Positions 39,200 to 51,400 of a stretch of DNA of 64,000 bases are shown here, one piece after another. The stretch is from Antedon mediterranea. Lineage: Eukaryota > Animalia > Echinodermata. The translations under genes and the position numbers were made by a program. Position 1 is the stretch's first letter. The number at the start of each line of letters is the position of its first letter. The stretch covers positions 2,440,101-2,504,100 of the forward strand of contig NC_092677.1 in NCBI RefSeq assembly GCF_964355755.1, in the 5' to 3' direction. Below the pieces are notes generated by a model. That model was not told where the DNA came from. It worked only from the letters and a program-made list of their open reading frames with translations, and did not search any database.

Positions 39200-39454
39200 T
39201 TATTTATCCACCTCAAAATACTTGTATGTGGGGTTTTCATATCCGTTACTCTGCATCATTGCAATGTGTTTTTGTTCCAAGGTCATGTTGGGGTCAATCT
39301 CAACAAATCCCTGATTGATTGGCACGCGACGTGATTTATGACGGATGATAAGTCCGGCTGCTCCAATCACCATGATGATTGCAATGATTCCGCATGCTAG
39401 ACCAAGTGCTACTACTGGAGCTCCAAACTTTGATTTTGTACCCACTCTTGTGGT
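39200..39454 (-). CDS. APP: APP-family terminal exon (TM plus AICD, 255 nt)
   Basis: TCATAG|TTRVGTKSKFGAPVVALGLACGIIAIIMVIGAAGLII...GYENPTYKYFEVDK-TAA. Confidence 0.96.
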   Translation of the reverse strand, partial: TTRVGTKSKFGAPVVALGLACGIIAIIMVIGAAGLIIRHKSRRVPINQGFVEIDPNMTLEQKHIAMMQSNGYENPTYKYFEVDK

Positions 39455-42400
39455 CTATGAAAAAACAAATCAATTATGTAAACACAATACATACAGGTCA
39501 CATTTCACTTTAGAATTTGAAAAATTTAGCTATGATACTTTGCAGTCTTTTTCAACGCAATAGTATTTAACATAGTAAGCCTATTTTATTTATTTTAAGA
39601 CCTTTTTTTTACTGGATTGTTCTGTTTCATTGTTATTGGCCCATGAATGTGCACATTTTTTTGCTTAATTTTTTAGGGGTGGAGTTGTGGATAATATGAT
39701 AGGAAACCGATCACAGACTCTTTGGTTCAAATTTTTTATGACAATACAACTCCAATCTCAAAGATCCGTTATACTGTAAATCTCTGTCTACACTATCAAA
39801 CTATCAAAGTGTGATGTGTCCAAATTTGGAAGTGATATGTCATCGTGTCCATATATGGGCACATCACATTTTTTTGTCACATAAAGTTTGATAGTGTAGA
39901 CAGAGCTTCAGAACTTGTTTTTGTAGAGCATATTGGGTGTACGATTGTCTTGTCAATGGATTGACACCTGTATAATTATCACGACAGTGGAAAACAATTC
40001 CCTATTGATAGTCCTTACTAATTTGCAGTAAATAAAATAATAACAAATTACCGTTGTATCGTGGAAAGCTGGTGCTAACTTTCCACTTGGTTTTTGCGGT
40101 CGTTTTATCAGTTGAGACTGAAATTCTTTTATAATGGTTTTCCCTGGTAGTTTCTTAATGGCTGTGAATTACAAAAACAATGCCGTAATTAGTATAATTT
40201 CCTAGAAAGTATAATAAAAATGAGAAAAAATAAAAAGACACATAGTAGAGAAAAATCCATTACAGGAATTCAAGCACTGTTGTACATTATATGCTGATAA
40301 TACTTGCAAATCCAAAACACTTAATGTTGAAAAATAGCACATAAACCTGCCACATTGTACAAGATGGATCGCGTCGGAATCACTCCTGACAGCTTGAGGA
40401 CAACCAATATGAATTCTCAGCGTTTCTCATCTCTCTCCTCAAGGGCCTACTCATTTCAATATTTTATTTATTTCACAAATTATCATAACAGTTTGAAAAA
40501 GGTATATATTGGAACTTGGCTGTTTATTAATATTTTTTCAAGACACAATTGCTTCCAATCACATAAAATGAGCTAGATACTGAACTAAAACAATAATTGT
40601 TACACATTTTAATACTATGAGGGTTTGGTAGTGGTAATGTTTTCTTTATAAAAATTAACCAGTACACACTGAATACATTTATTTTGTAACATTGTAAATT
40701 GCATTAATGGACCATGTCACAATGATTGTAGTAACTACATTTTGTTTACTCTTTAACCTTGTTTGTGTAATTATTTATTATTTAGCAAGCTGTTTTTCTT
40801 GGCAATCATACACACTGTTTATTACAATGACTCCTCATCTACATTGTAACAAACTAAAATCATACATTATATTTCATTAAAATGAAATTTAAAATAAAAA
40901 TAAAATATCAATACATTGTATACTAAGATCACTGAAATTAAGCAACGTTGGGCCCGGTTAGAGCATGGATGGGAGACCATCTGGAAGTATTAGGTGCTGT
41001 ACTGTATATGGGGGTCCCATTAGGCATTTGATACCAGCACTGCTGACTCTTATAGCAGCCCCTGCATCTATTATCTGCCTCAGACATATTGGCTTATGCC
41101 TCTCCTCTGGTTAAGGTGGGCACTAGATGAGAGAAGCCCTTGGTCAATGATAGGACCAATCCAGCTTTAAACAGTCCGGGCTAAGTTTCATCCATCATCC
41201 ATATGAATGTAATACTCACTGACATTGCCGTTCACGACATAAGTTTGCCATAAAAAAATAATAAAAGAAACAGTAATGCTTAAGACATTACCAATACTTA
41301 CATTGTGTTTTAAGTGGTTTGGTTGGGGCTGGGTCAGGTTGCAATAACTTTGTCGTCGCTTCTGATTGAACAATTTCAGATTTTGATGCCGTAACTTTTT
41401 CAATTATTAAGTCTGGATTAATCTCTGGTGGTCTTTGGTCCAGGTACTGTGGTGGGACTGGTTCAACTTGTAGGAGAGGTCGGATGTGTTCTGTGTCATC
41501 TCTCACCAATGAATCTAAATAATAAATAAATTGTGTTTAATCACTTACATAAATGCTTATATTAAATATTTTATCTTTTAAATAACAACATTATTAAAAA
41601 AATGTCCATACCAATATCGCCCTTTATTGAGGCATACACATCAGGTTTTTTTCTTATCATATCAATAGCATTCTCCAATGAAGAGTCCATCTGCTTCATC
41701 TGCGTTAACAACAGAGGGCGCTTTTCATCAGCCATAGATGGATCGACGTCTTGCAGATGTTGGTAGTGGTTTAGTATATGTTCTCTATGTTTCTTGATGG
41801 CTTTTACAAATCTTTGTAATGTCTGAAGAACTGCATCAGACTGCGAAACAAAAAAATATATATAATGAATACAGTATAAATGTTACCAATATGGTCAAAC
41901 CCTATTCAGGACACACTCTATTAGGGGACACTATGTCCGGTCTCGAAGGTGTCTCCTTAATAGTAGGGGTTCTACTGGGTTTTCAGGTAAAATATAACTA
42001 TAATTGTAATTGCCAAATACTTACGGGTTTAAACTGTTTGTCTGTGTTTGCTCCATAAATGTGAGAACTACTGTTTGTACTATCACACAAAAATCTTTTA
42101 AAGCATTCCTTTTTGCGATATTTTAGCTTTTGGCTTATATCATCCAGAAGTTTCTGTTCCTGTTAAAACTCTTAATGGTTAAGTTGAAATAATGAATATA
42201 TTGATTATACCTTTGGTGTTTTATCAGTCAACAGAGCTGTCAACTTCTTATACATCTTATTGCGTCTGTCCGTCAGTAGTCCACTAACTCTGTCTTCGTG
42301 TACAGTACGTAGGCCTTTACGTTCAGATTCAGCCTCCACTTCTAAGGCATTCACTGTCTTCTGGAATTGCTGGCAACAAAAAATGTATCATTTTGAAATT

Positions 42401-45400
42401 ATTTTGTACATTTTTATCAGATTTGCATTATTTTATTTGATAAAATTTTTTTAATTGTTACGTTAACAACTGAGGTATATATGAAACTCCTCTTGCAACA
42501 ATTTCAATTCGCAACTACTTGAACTCGCAACTAATTCAACTCGCAACTACTTAAACTCGCAACTAATTCAACTCGCAACTAATTCAACTAGCAATTAATT
42601 CAACTCGCAACTACTTTAACTCGCAACTAACCTCTCTCATGGACTGCTTCATCTTCTCAGCAGCTTTTGGATCTTTCTTCATCATCGTTTCGTAACTTTT
42701 CTCTGCAGACTGCCAATCTTTCATGACCTTTGACATCTTATCCTCTTCCTTTTTGATTATGCGTTCTCGTGCTTCAATAAACTGCTCATGTTCGTCACCT
42801 GTGTTGTCAAACTTCTCTTGGAAGTACGGGTCTTTTGTGATTGCTTGCTTCGTTGTTACAGTTACAGCTAAAAAACAAACAGTTTCATTAAAAATATATT
42901 GTCCCCTAAAAACTATTTTTCCCCTACATTTTTTGTATTAGTACATAGATCGTTTTAAGCTCTGTCTACAAAACAACAAGTGATATACTCAAATATGGTC
43001 CATTGACCATGCTTGTACAATTATTTAGCACTAAGCATTTTCTGGGTAATCACAGTAACTGCCTTATCATAGATTTAGATAGGAAAAAGTAACTGTCGTA
43101 GAATAATTTTGACGTGATCCTTTACTATATTACTGTACTCAATGGAAGATAATTATGCTATTAAGACAAAATAATATATGTATACAATGATAATTTATAC
43201 TACCTATTTTTACAACTATCATTCATTACGTTTTTGTCATAAGACAGATCGCGTTTAGTATATTACCGTTCATCTAACAAACTAAAAGATTTTTAATATC
43301 GGATCTGATGATAGATCGCTGATGAAATTTCTAGCAATATGAATAAATTGTAGTCATGAATAAGAATATTAGAGTTGAAGGGGTCATACGTTCAAGGGGT
43401 AATCTAAAGATGTAGCACATAGTATGATGGGTAATTATAAAGAATTATGGGTAATTATCAAGAATTCTGGGCAATTATTATAATATCAAGCATTCTTGGT
43501 AATTGTCAGGTATTCTGGGTAAATATTGGGTTGTTGTAATGTAACAATAAAAAGATAAAAATTATTACAGATTTTAAGATTTTTTTTGGTGTAAAATTGA
43601 AATAAATAGCATTACAAGCGTCCAAATATTTATTATATATAGGAAAAGTTTCAAGTTTTTAGAGTTATCAATAGAAGGTGGATTATCTCACATGAAATAG
43701 CAAGGAAAGAATTTGTTAATGCCTAATACAAATGACAAAAGCAAAATTACACCTCTAAGCATAACACAACCTATCCTAGTAAAAGAGGTACCCCAAGGCT
43801 GCCGATAAATGCTAAACACATCCAAGCTTCATGTGATATAACACGAGTAGCCTAAAGCCAATACATTTTAGAAAACCTTATTCCCAGGCCTGGTGTCACA
43901 ACGCATCAAACTTCTACAGTTGTAGGAGGGGCAGTTGAAAGCTGCATAAACAACTATATACATAATTGATCATAATCTCCATACTAATCAATGCATTTCA
44001 CAGCTCTGCACCTTGCATGAAAGATTGTAGTAGATTGCTAAGGTTACATTTCCTAGCTTCATTATGTTTTTTCACGTTGTTCATTATGTTGGTTCACGTT
44101 GTACATTATGTTGGTTCACGTTGTTCATTATGTTGGTTCACGTTGTACATTATGTTGGTTCACGTTGTACATTATGTTGGTTCACGTTGTACATTATGTT
44201 GGTTCACGTTGTACATTATGTTGGTTCACGTTGTACATTATGTTGGTTCACGTTGTACATTATGTTGGTTCACGTTGTACATTATGTTGGTTCACGTTGT
44301 ACATTATGTTGGTTCACGTTGTACATTATGTTGGTTCACGTTGTACATTATGTTGGTACATGTTGACTTCTTGCATATTAATCAGCATAAACTGTATTAA
44401 ATTCTAAATTCATAATCCATTGCTGACATAAATAGAAAGATGTATTGTCCCCCAAAATCATGAAAAATGGAGATTAATTAAATCAGACTTTGAATTGGGT
44501 TATTTTGTAGTTTTAATAAAATTAATCACTTCTGTAGAAAGAAAAATGAAAAAAAAAACAACATTTTTTTTTCACTTATAAAATGACATAATGGTTAAAT
44601 TGAACCAAAAATCTATTGGTAGCCAGCAAATTTGACTATTTTCTTTGCTTTAAATTACATTTTTTCAGGTAAATAACATTTCTTTAGATTGGTAAAAGTG
44701 GTTAACTATTATGTTACATTAAAATGGCATATTAAAAAAAAAAATTCAGGGGGACAACACACAATACTATTTTATTTTGTGTTATAAACATTTTACTGAT
44801 TTTATTCTATCTTTATATTAAGTTGCCATGAGAAAAACCAATTTCAAATCTTTAATTGAATTATTTGACAATAAAGTTTTCTGTATCTTTCAATTGTACA
44901 GGTGTGTATACTTGCTTCTTCAAATTCAAAGTGAATTAAAATAAACCATTACATAAGTTGATACATTGATAATCATAAATAACTCATTAATTAATGTTTT
45001 AATACAATGCACACTTCATTCAAAAGAGAATCTACACTTGAATTTAAATTCAGTATAAAGCGCAAAAAAACAAAGAAGATCAAACATGCCGACAGTGAGA
45101 GGATAAAGCGTCCAATTAATTGACGTCAATTAAGCACAAGTAATATTTCTTTACGTTTGACAACTTGTAATCTTGCAAGGCTTTTACCAGAAACGCCGGT
45201 AAAATCTACCTTTTTAAATAATTTATTCGTCGATCCTTGCAAAAGGAAAAACAAGAGCTTAATATAGTATACTAAGTACTGATAGTTAATTTTGTAAATT
45301 TAGTAAAGGGTTAAATGCATGCATAAATTAGTTAAATCAAAGTTAATACAGTAACTATACAGCAACATGGTCAAGACTGTATCTAGACTTTTTTTGTGAC

Positions 45401-48400
45401 CTTCAACATATGTTTATAATTGCCTTCTCAACGAAGTTGCGTACATGGTCTTTTTTCTTTCCTTCATTGATGTAGCCTCCAAATTTGGGGGAAATGAACT
45501 ATCTACTGTTACCCATAAGCATTTTAAAGAGTAACACAGATAAAGCTCTGTCTACACTATCAAACTTTATGTAACAAAAAATGTGATGTGCCCATGTATA
45601 GACATGATGATGTCATATCACTACTATATTTGTGCTTATCCCTACAATATTTGGGCACAAACTAGTTTGATAGTGAGACAGAATTTAACACTAGTATCTA
45701 CTCTACTATTCAAATACTTGATAATTATTATAAATGGCTGTAGGAAGTTAACATTATTGTGAGCAATTGATTTCAACAGAGCAACCTGCATGGCAGCTGG
45801 ATTTCGCTACGGTCCAGTTGTAGTGACGTCGATCTTGTATGTAAAAGGTCATGGATTCGGATCATTCGGAAGGTCAATTCAGGTTTGTGGTTGAATACCT
45901 CCATTCTTAAATTTCTGACATAATCCTGTATTTGTACAAATAAATTCTTGTTTTATTACCTTTTTGTAAAGTGCCTACACAGAATATCAAACAGTTGTAC
46001 CAATATTTTATTAGTTTGTACTGTGGCTGTCTGTTTATTGATTTTCCATGAAACAAAGACATTTAGTGAAAGAAATTTTAATTATAATCAGAAAGAATAC
46101 AGACTCTGGGCCAGTAATGGACACGCCATACTATTCCAGAAATGATCAGAGATTCTGTCAATTCTGGAGACGTCATGTCACTTCCGAAGATTCTATGTCC
46201 CTCACTTGAGACTCAAGTCACTCGTGGAGATTCCAGGTCACTAGTGGAGACTTCATGTCACTTACTAAGACTTCAGGTCACTAGTGGAGACGTCATGTCA
46301 CTTCCAATACTATATGTCACTTACTAGGACTTCAGGTCACTAGCCAAGACATCAGGTCACTAGCTAAGACTTCAGGTCACTTGCCGAGACTTCAGGTCAC
46401 TCGTTGAGATTTTATGTCACTTTTGATACTATATGTCACTTGCTAAAACTTCAGGTCACTAGTGGAGACGTCATGTCACTTCCAATACTATATGTCACTT
46501 ACTAGGACTTCAGGTCACTAGCCAAGACATCAGGTCACTAGCTAAGACTTCAGGTCACTTGCCGAGACTTCAGGTCACTCGTTGAGATTTTATGTCACTT
46601 TTGATACTATATGTCACTTGCTAAAACTTCAGGTCACTAGCTAAGACTTCAGGTCACTTGCTGAAACTTCAGGTCACCCATGGAGACTTCAGGTCACTCA
46701 TAGACATTTAAAAGATTTGGACAGTTACGTAAATTACCCTAAGAATAACTTAGACACACGGTTAGTATTAGCAGTGTATTAACAGCTATACAACACACCC
46801 TGAGGTATTACAGCAATAAAACCATTGAATATAAGCCAATCTTCATCGTTAGCCTTTTCTGGCATCAAGTATAATCCAATCAAATCGTCAGATTCACAAC
46901 ATTACATGCAGTAATATTAGTTCACTGCAATTTACACTGTAAAAAAGACTTTAGATCGTTTCATGAACGTTGAGACAAATTTATGCTAACGTTGAATACT
47001 CCCATAATGCCGCTGAATTGGTGAAATAAATCACAGGAATCACTTTCTACTGACAATGACATAGACATAATTATTTTTTTCTTCATAAAAGTAGTTGAAA
47101 ATAAAAAAATAGTGAGGTTGTGACTTTTATGTTAAAGAGTATGGTGGGATTTATATCCACATTTACATCTGCCAAATTTGTATCTATTTCCATATGTAAT
47201 TTCTTATATTTAGTATTTAGGGATCGTGTCAAAATAATTCTACAGCAATATCTACATTTTAAAATGATAGCTTGTTTTAATGTAGAAGTTTATGTGGCAG
47301 TACTGTAATAAAACAATATGTATGATTACCAAAACAGTATTAATAATTACATAAACAGGTAAAAGAAGAGTAAATATATATATTTCCTACAGTAACTGCA
47401 GTAAACATTTACATGGTCCCTAATAATAGGCTACATGAGTATTATTTAGTTTTGAAAAAGCTCTACTGTCTGATACAAGGAACTCATTCCTTTGTCAAAT
47501 GTTTTCTTAATTCCACATTGATGAATTCAAAACAAGTTAACATAAACATACACACCTGGCGAACTTTCTACGACCTCTTGTGGCGCTGATGGTGTTGCTT
47601 CGTTTGGAGGAGGGCAGCACACAAACTCCACACCACTAAAATTAGCTTTGCATGGTTGAAGCATTCCGTAGTCATGTAATATCCAGCTATTTGTCGCGCA
47701 CTCCTTCGTGGCTTGATCCCGCCAATCGTCGTGGCTCATGCAGAGTTCTTTATCGTGCATGTGTGAAAACCGGCATTCTTGTGGTACCATTAACGCATCG
47801 CTTATAAATTCACCAACTGAAATAATAAATAATAATAATGTTCAAAATATATTGCAAATGCATTCTTATGGTGCAGTAAAAATCACTAGGGTTACCAGAA
47901 GGCCACCTCACATATTTTGACAAATGTGGGTGTTTTTTTTTTCTCAATTGTGGGTAAATTATGCCATGCCATTAGGATTTGACATCTCATAATGATCACA
48001 ACCGACATGTATGTTTCCATTATTTGTCTATACAATATTAAGGGATCATGTCAAAATATTCTACTGCAGTTTCAGCAGTAATTAAATTATTTACTGCAAT
48101 AATTTTTATAAGTTTATGATGCAGTCACTGTAATAAACAGTTTGTATTATACCACAGAAAAGAGCTTGCTAAAAATTGCATGAACAGGTTAAAAAGTAAA
48201 CAAAATGTAGTTACTGCAGTAACTGCAGTAGAATTTGTTTTCCTTACCTAAACATCTAATAGGAACTACAGTATGTTTATCAACGCATTTGCTTTGTCCA
48301 ATTGGACACCAATTTGTTATTGTCTCTTCTTTATTTGCTTCAACAAAATATTTGATAGATCCCATATTACCATACATCTGTAAAAAAACAAAGTTCACAC

Positions 48401-51400
48401 TCAATAATTATAATTAATCTAAATATACAAACAAAATCTAAAAGGAATTAATGTAAACACAGTTATTATTATTTATTTTAGTATTAAATTCAAAGTATTA
48501 AAAATAAATATTTATAGATTTAAAAGTAGGTCAAAATAGTAATTTATATATTACTTTTAGGAACTGCAACAATGTATCCTAGTTTTAAAAGGCAATATCA
48601 TAAAAAATACAAAGTCACCAAAGTTAAATGGTTCATTTCATAGAACCTATATATAGATACGCTATTACACATTTCAATTTCTTCTTTGCATTTGTCTGGT
48701 TAATACATTATTTTTTAGTAATAAATGATAAATAAAACATGCACCACAAGAAACAAACTAATACATGAAAAATAGTTTAATTATAAGATTTTTTCATTAT
48801 GACAAAACTTATATTTAGAATAAAATATAATTAAAATACATCCTAAAGACTGATTTAAAGTGATTGAGGCCTGCAACATGGACGTATATTTAATTAACTG
48901 CACTTGTTATTCCTCTATTTAAATTAACATATTTTATAGAGTATAATTATATAGCAGTTATCTTAATGAATAGGACAAACCCCTATCATGGCCATCCTTA
49001 TTTTAATTCAGCTTGTCAATTGTAAAGTAGCAGGCTATTAAAATCTGCAGTTTGTACACAGTAGTGAATCTTAAAATCATCCATTTCTTCAATCTACTAT
49101 TCACCTGTACTTCTTATTAAATTATCCCACTATTTCATCATTTAATATTATCTATGGACAACCTCAATGTCAAAAGTCAATTAGAACAGAATCCCATTCA
49201 GAGCTGAATTACTAAATGGATGAACTAAAATAAGAAGTTTGTGTTCGACGTAAAATAATGTTTTGCAACATGAATAGCCAGAGGCAAAATTAAAATAACC
49301 CCAAGTTTTAATTTGTCATCAAAGCAAAGATTTTCTTTAGGCATCAGATGTTGTATTGTAATAAATTTGCAAAAAGAAATTGTCTTTAAGTTTAGTTGAA
49401 ACATGGTTAAATAATGAATAAAATAATAAAATAAATATTTATATTTTATTAGCAGGAACAGAATTCCTACTGATAACAAAATACCTTTACAATTAGACAA
49501 CAAGACAGGAATGCTCTACAGACTCTTGAAATCAGTATGATACGTGTTCTCTGATTGGATGATACCTATCAAAACACACCCTAAATAGCATGATATCTGA
49601 CGCACTATTGGATGTCAACATTTATATACAGCAGTACACAGCCATATTATGATGAAAACATTGTAAAAACGTATCATTGTATTTAAGACAATTATCACAG
49701 GAGTAATAACAGAATATTTACAGTTTAATTGTAGAATGTCATTTTTGTTGTTGTTTATTTCTGTGCTCTGTTCTGGGTTGACCAACTAGCATAGGCGTTT
49801 AGCACCTGTTTGGTAATTTCCTTTCCTTTTATATTTGGTTTTTTTTTTATATTGTATATGGCAGAAATTGAATAAATAAAAATTAAAAATAAATCAAATT
49901 TGTTTGTATTTGCATTTCTAACTTTGGAATTCAGATGGATAAAATTTAGAAATTACATTCATTTCGAATGTTTGTATAAATAATATATTTTGAGAATTGT
50001 ATTCTTCATTTTATTAAGTTTCCATTACATAATAATAAAAATTAATGTATTTTTTAGTTGGATATAATAATTGAATACACAATTTTCACAATTGAAAATT
50101 AAATGTATGTAATTGTAACCATATAAACTCTATTCAATCCAACAATATTTTGTAACTACAAAAAACCGTCTTTCACTCCGTGAAATGTGTAATTTGTTAT
50201 TTCTAATTTTCAAGTTAAGCTTTAATGGTTCTAGGCTCAGTCTACCTGCCACATACATTTAAGATTTGATACCCCGAGCTACGACGATGACGACGTGAAC
50301 TTAACAGACATTTGATCTGACAGAATCCTTTATCATGGATTAGATATTAGAAAGTAACCTCAGTTAGCATTCCTTACATCATTTCATTTTCTCTCTTTCG
50401 TTCTTAAAACAGAAAACAGTGACTTTGTCTACTATGTGTCTACTTAACATTTTAGCATCTTGGAAAGACATAGCCTTGAGTAGGTAGTGCCCACTCAATG
50501 GCGGGGTTCATGGACCGTAACACTTATTCATAGTATTCGAAAACATGAATAAAAAATCAAAGTTAGTTTATACCTAAATATGGTACGAAATAATACTTAA
50601 ATAGTGGTAATATGTTTGAAAATATAGAAATTGAATTTTTCTAGGAATCGAACCCAGGTTTCTGGATTTAGAAACTGCCAACCCACAGTGCCACTATTGC
50701 AGTAAATTAGAATTGATAATAAAAAATGATTTCATTCAGTCTTATATAATGAAATTATCAATGTTGATAACATTAGAAATATTATAGATTGGTGATAATG
50801 TAGACAAACGATGACGAGATACATTTTTAGAATGTTTTTAGAATGTTTTTACTTGATTTTCATAAAATTGTGATTAGACACTAAAACATTTATTATATAT
50901 AAAATATTAATTATTAAACTTAATTTCAGAATCAATTAAATTGAAAATGTGACAAGGATCAGTATTGCATGTTTGTCACAAAATGAAACCATCAAATGTG
51001 ATATTTCATGCATTTCAATAAACTTTCACATAAATTATTATTAAAACCCTGATCAGCGATATTAACACTAAATGTTGCTTATTAGCGGACGCCTACACTA
51101 TGGCATTGAGTAAAAGTAGAGAAGGAAATTGCACCGCAGTCCACATGTTGATGGAAATCCTTTCAATGCTATTTGTATAAATGTGTATTTTTTTTTAGTT
51201 TATGTTATAAGTTTAAAAAATAATGAAAAATAACAAAATAAATTGCAAAGGCGTAAATGCAATATATCTGTACTTGCATAACAAAATCACATTTTTTTCA
51301 AAAATAGTATCAGTTTCGTATCCTCTAAATATGAATTGTAATACATTTTTTGGGTTAAAAAATTTTCCAGTAAATTTCTAAATAATCATTATCATCATCA

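Noticed and set aside
40349-40446. Exon-like GC-richer segment in an APP intron
   Set aside because: It has stops in all three minus-strand frames and a weak acceptor.
43875-43945. Possible Thr/Pro linker exon (LSTAPPTTVE) for APP
   Set aside because: That frame is phase 0 and incompatible with the flanking phase-1 intron; the phase-compatible reading needs a weak GTTTGA donor.
43966-44407. Three overlapping 100-144 aa ORFs, or a CRISPR-like array
   Set aside because: This is a 22-bp stop-free tandem repeat with no spacers, in a eukaryotic intron with no cas genes.
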